From the NCBI GenBank assembly GCA_046758505.1, contig JBHIAH010000086.1, positions 1-10,887 on the forward strand: a stretch of 10,887 nucleotides of DNA. The letters run 5' to 3'. A program made the position numbers and the translations under genes. The notes below the pieces were generated by a model. The model worked only from the letters and a program-made list of their open reading frames with translations, was not told where the DNA came from and ran no database searches. Source of the DNA: Candidatus Methylomirabilales bacterium (GTDB lineage Bacteria > Methylomirabilota > Methylomirabilia > Methylomirabilales > CSP1-5). This document shows positions 8,575 through 10,887 of this stretch, piece after piece; the first letter of the stretch is position 1, and every line of letters begins with the position of its first letter.

Positions 8575-9384
8575 GTGAGTTCGGTGGACCGGGAACATCT
8601 CGAGGCGGCGCGGGTCGCGGCCAAGGAGGCGGGGCAGATCCTGATGGAGGGATTCGGCCGCCATCCCCGGGTGTATTACAAGGGGCGGATCGATCTCGTC
8701 ACCGACCTCGACCGGCGGTCGGAGGCGGCTATCGTGGCCTTTCTCCATCGCCGGTTCCCCGACTACACGATTCTCTCTGAGGAGGGGCAAGGGGTCGAGG
8801 GAAAGGGTGAAGGCCGCTGGATCGTCGACCCGTTAGATGGCACCACCAACTACGCGCACGCGTTTCCCATTTTCTCGGTCTCGATCGCCCTGGAACACCA
8901 GGGAGGGCTGCGCTGCGGGGTGGTGTACGATCCGCTGAGAGAGGAGTGGTTCACGGCCGTGCGTGGACGGGGGGCGTATCTGAATGACCAGCCGGTGCAC
9001 GTTTCTGACACCGATCGGCTGCAGGAGGCACTTTTGGCTACGGGGTTTCCGTATGATATGAAAGAGTCTCCCGAAAATAACCTGACCCATTTTCACAATT
9101 TTAGCATGCGGGCGCAGGCGGTGCGGCGTCCGGGTGTGGCGTCCATCGACCTGGCGTATGTGGCGGCGGGACGGCTCGACGGTTTCTGGGAGTTCAAGCT
9201 CAAACCGTGGGATATCGCTGCCGGCGCCCTCCTCGTGACCGAGGCCGGAGGGACCGTCAGCGACTTTGCGGGAGGCCCGCTCGATATCTTTCGAGCAGAG
9301 ATCGTCGCCTCGAACAGCCACATTCATCAGCCGATGCTCGAAGTGCTCAGCCTCCCCCCCACCGTAACATCTCCAGGCCAGTAG
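8575..9384 (+). CDS. suhB: Inositol monophosphatase family protein (SuhB-like)
   Basis: DLVTDLDRRSE, ILSEE, WIVDPLDGTTNYAH, ALLATGFPY, DLAYVAAGRLDGFWE and LKPWDIAAG are the IMPase metal-binding signatures. GTG 8575, preceded by GGGGAG, is preferred over GTG 8545. The symbol reflects family resemblance, not tested orthology. Confidence 0.93.
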   Translation: MSSVDREHLEAARVAAKEAGQILMEGFGRHPRVYYKGRIDLVTDLDRRSEAAIVAFLHRRFPDYTILSEEGQGVEGKGEGRWIVDPLDGTTNYAHAFPIFSVSIALEHQGGLRCGVVYDPLREEWFTAVRGRGAYLNDQPVHVSDTDRLQEALLATGFPYDMKESPENNLTHFHNFSMRAQAVRRPGVASIDLAYVAAGRLDGFWEFKLKPWDIAAGALLVTEAGGTVSDFAGGPLDIFRAEIVASNSHIHQPMLEVLSLPPTVTSPGQ

Positions 9385-9412
9385 GCGCGCGAGATTGGCC
9401 GCCTTAGAACCG

Positions 9413-9446
9413 CATCAAATAGTTAATATCAAATTCCTAACACGAA
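9413..9446 (+). repeat. Degenerate direct repeat, copy 1
   Basis: CATCAAATAGTTAATATCAAATTCCTAACACGAA; 27/34 ungapped identity with 10682-10715. Confidence 0.75.
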
Positions 9447-9593
9447 CTGCGTCTGGGCCGGACTCGCCAATAGTCAGTTTTTGCACAGCGGGACTCGCTG
9501 CTCATCCTGGAGGACCACTCAATGGCTTGTGGCATCGCCAGAAATCCCCTGAAAAAATAGGGAGTTACACGATTGCCTGACCACAAAGTGAAC

Positions 9594-9610
9594 TTGGCAC
9601 ATGACCTGCA
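9594..9610 (+). promoter_or_regulatory. Putative sigma-54 (RpoN) -24/-12 promoter
   Basis: TTGGCACATGACCTGCA has exact GG-N10-GC spacing, an intact TGGCAC, and CTGCA versus consensus TTGCA. It lies 51 nt upstream of ATG 9662 in the correct orientation. Confidence 0.65.
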
Positions 9611-9645
9611 AGTCTTCGTTATTCAGTATTCGAGCGCAATTGGAC

Positions 9646-9653
9646 AAGGAGGT
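9646..9653 (+). promoter_or_regulatory. Shine-Dalgarno site for the 9662 ORF
   Basis: AAGGAGGT located 8 nt before ATG 9662. Confidence 0.85.
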
Positions 9654-9661
9654 GCCCCAAG

Positions 9662-10204
9662 ATGAGATTGAGGGGTGGCCTGAGCGTTGTCATAGTGACT
9701 TGTCTTCTCGGGGGTTTTCCTCAATGGGTTAACGCATCCGAGGGCGAGAAAAACCCCCTCGGCGAAACGCACGACGCACAACGCGCGGCGGAACCCCTGT
9801 CCCCAGCAAAGCGAGTTTATATCTCATGTATCAAAGAGGGGGCCGAGACGGCTGAATGTGAGAGGCGAGCTCGTCCGTTTATTGAGATAGAGCAGCGGCA
9901 GGTTGAAGAACGGCGGAAGGAGTTAGAGAAAAGGTTGCAGCTCGAAAAAGAGACGCAAGAGCGGGAGCGAGAGGCGCGACAGCGGGAGCTTGAGCAGGCG
10001 CAACAGCGCGAGCGGGAGGCGGAACAGGAGGGCCTTGAGCAGGCGCGGCAGCGTGAGCTTGACGAGGCTGCGCGGAAGAAGGAGGCATTTGAAAACTGGG
10101 TGCGACCATTGCGACAGTACAGAGAGCTTCAGCGGCTGATGAGAGGGGGCCCTACGATTGATTGCACCACGATAGGAAGTCATACGACGTGTAGGGAATA
10201 CTGA
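9662..10204 (+). CDS. Hypothetical exported protein (180 aa) with a long E/R/Q-rich helical segment and two Cys pairs
   Basis: Strong SD, and a Sec-like signal (MRLRGGLSVVIVTCLLGGFPQWVNA|S). Contains CIKEGAETAEC, a charged helical run, and C-terminal CTTIGSHTTC. No family recognised. Confidence 0.8.
   Translation: MRLRGGLSVVIVTCLLGGFPQWVNASEGEKNPLGETHDAQRAAEPLSPAKRVYISCIKEGAETAECERRARPFIEIEQRQVEERRKELEKRLQLEKETQEREREARQRELEQAQQREREAEQEGLEQARQRELDEAARKKEAFENWVRPLRQYRELQRLMRGGPTIDCTTIGSHTTCREY
9956..10045 (+). repeat. In-frame 45-nt tandem duplication within the hypothetical gene
   Basis: 9956-10000 (QEREREARQRELEQA) versus 10001-10045 (QQREREAEQEGLEQA): 36/45 nt identical by hand count, followed by a partial unit (RQRELDEA). 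Confidence 0.75.
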
Positions 10205-10681
10205 CTCACCCCAAGCCCTGCCCGAATAGCATCGAATTCCTCTGGCAAGTTCCAGCCTTCCTCGATATGGGCGATAATTCCTCAGTATTGCGGAGCAATA
10301 CCCTTCCCTACGCGACCCGGCGTAGACTTAAAGTGCGCGTATCGCTAAGCTGCGGGGTGAAACGGGACTCTGTGGTGGACAATCGGGGGGTGGTTTGACA
10401 GGGGGGGTCTGGTCTAGCCTTGAATATGTCAATCACATCGGAAACGTGGCCTTAGAATGTTCGGCCCTGGTCCGATTCTACCGTGCGTGGAGCAGCCGCC
10501 CGAGGAGTCGCGGAACGGGGTGGCGGAAATCCTCGTGTACTGGGCCGCGACCCACCAGAACCCGATCTAACCCGCCGACGCGGCAAGCGCTGCCGTCCGT
10601 TCTTCGGTTCCAAAAATAAATCTGTCCCCCATTTCTCCTCTCCAGCAATGAGATCTCTTGAGGCGTACCACCTTCGCATCT

Positions 10682-10715
10682 CATCAAATAGTCGATATTA
10701 CATGCCCGACACGAA
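10682..10715 (+). repeat. Degenerate direct repeat, copy 2
   Basis: CATCAAATAGTCGATATTACATGCCCGACACGAA; 27/34 ungapped identity with 9413-9446. Confidence 0.75.
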
Positions 10716-10722
10716 TCGTTCG

Positions 10723-10887
10723 AAGCCTGCCAGTTGCCACCGTCTGCGTCATTCGTTTGCAACTCACTTACTGGAGGATGGATATGACATTCGCACTGTC
10801 CAGGAATTGCTTGGCCACAAGGATGTGAGCACCACCATGATGTATGCCCACGTCTTGAACCGAGGTGGACAGGGTGTTCGCAGGCCT
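10723..10887 (+). pseudogene. intI: 5'-truncated integron-type integrase (tyrosine recombinase C-terminus), running off the window end
   Basis: Manual translation gives [55 protein letters not shown]. It has the HxLRHSFAT box, LLGH and the catalytic Tyr. [28 protein letters not shown] is characteristic of IntI rather than XerC/D. The upstream in-frame sequence back to the TAG at 10453-10455 shows no recognisable integrase similarity. Confidence 0.85.

Noticed and set aside
7657..9384. Functional link between the methyltransferase and inositol monophosphatase (for example methyl-inositol synthesis)
   Set aside because: Divergent adjacency is the only evidence. Both families are widespread and no other inositol-pathway genes are in the window.
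9421..9448. The chromosomal dif site itself
   Set aside because: The inner arm bases (ATAA/TTAT), the most conserved part of dif, are mismatched, and a second more degenerate copy lies nearby. Kept only as a recombination-site-like hypothesis.
9956..10070. Repeats considered as a CRISPR array
   Set aside because: They are in-frame, degenerate and contiguous, with no unique spacers, so they are coding repeats. No cas genes are in the window.
10565..10614. attC-like site: ATCTAAC (RYYYAAC, overlapping a stop codon) followed by a bulged GACGCGGCA/TGCCGTC stem
   Set aside because: No complementary GTTRRRY R' box follows (only GTTCTTC and GTTCCAA), and the orientation is the same as intI. At best a decayed site; an attC covariance-model search would decide.
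10395..10762. ORF-track entries 10395-10619 (+), 10452-10679 (-) and 10478-10762 (-)
   Set aside because: They show no recognisable motifs, overlap one another, and the last is partly antisense to the integrase remnant.

Overview
Bacterial genomic window with three blocks. (1) 1-7391, + strand: the 3' end of an OmpR/CusR-like response regulator and its HAMP histidine kinase, followed by a tightly coupled tripartite efflux operon (TolC-family outer-membrane lipoprotein, membrane fusion protein, CzcA/CusA/AcrB-family RND pump). A CusR/CopR-box-like palindrome lies in the intergenic gap. (2) 7657-9384: a class I SAM methyltransferase (- strand) divergent from an inositol monophosphatase (SuhB-like, + strand). 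(3) 9385-10887: an accessory-looking stretch with a sigma-54-type promoter ahead of an unrecognised secreted charged-helix protein, several hairpins, and the C-terminal remnant of an integron-type integrase that the ORF track missed. The least expected signal is an ungapped degenerate direct repeat (27/34 identical; 9413-9446 and 10682-10715). It brackets the orphan gene, has an 11-6-11 tyrosine-recombinase-like core, and its second copy ends 7 bp before integrase homology begins. I cannot claim a new system from sequence alone; block 3 is the part worth testing.
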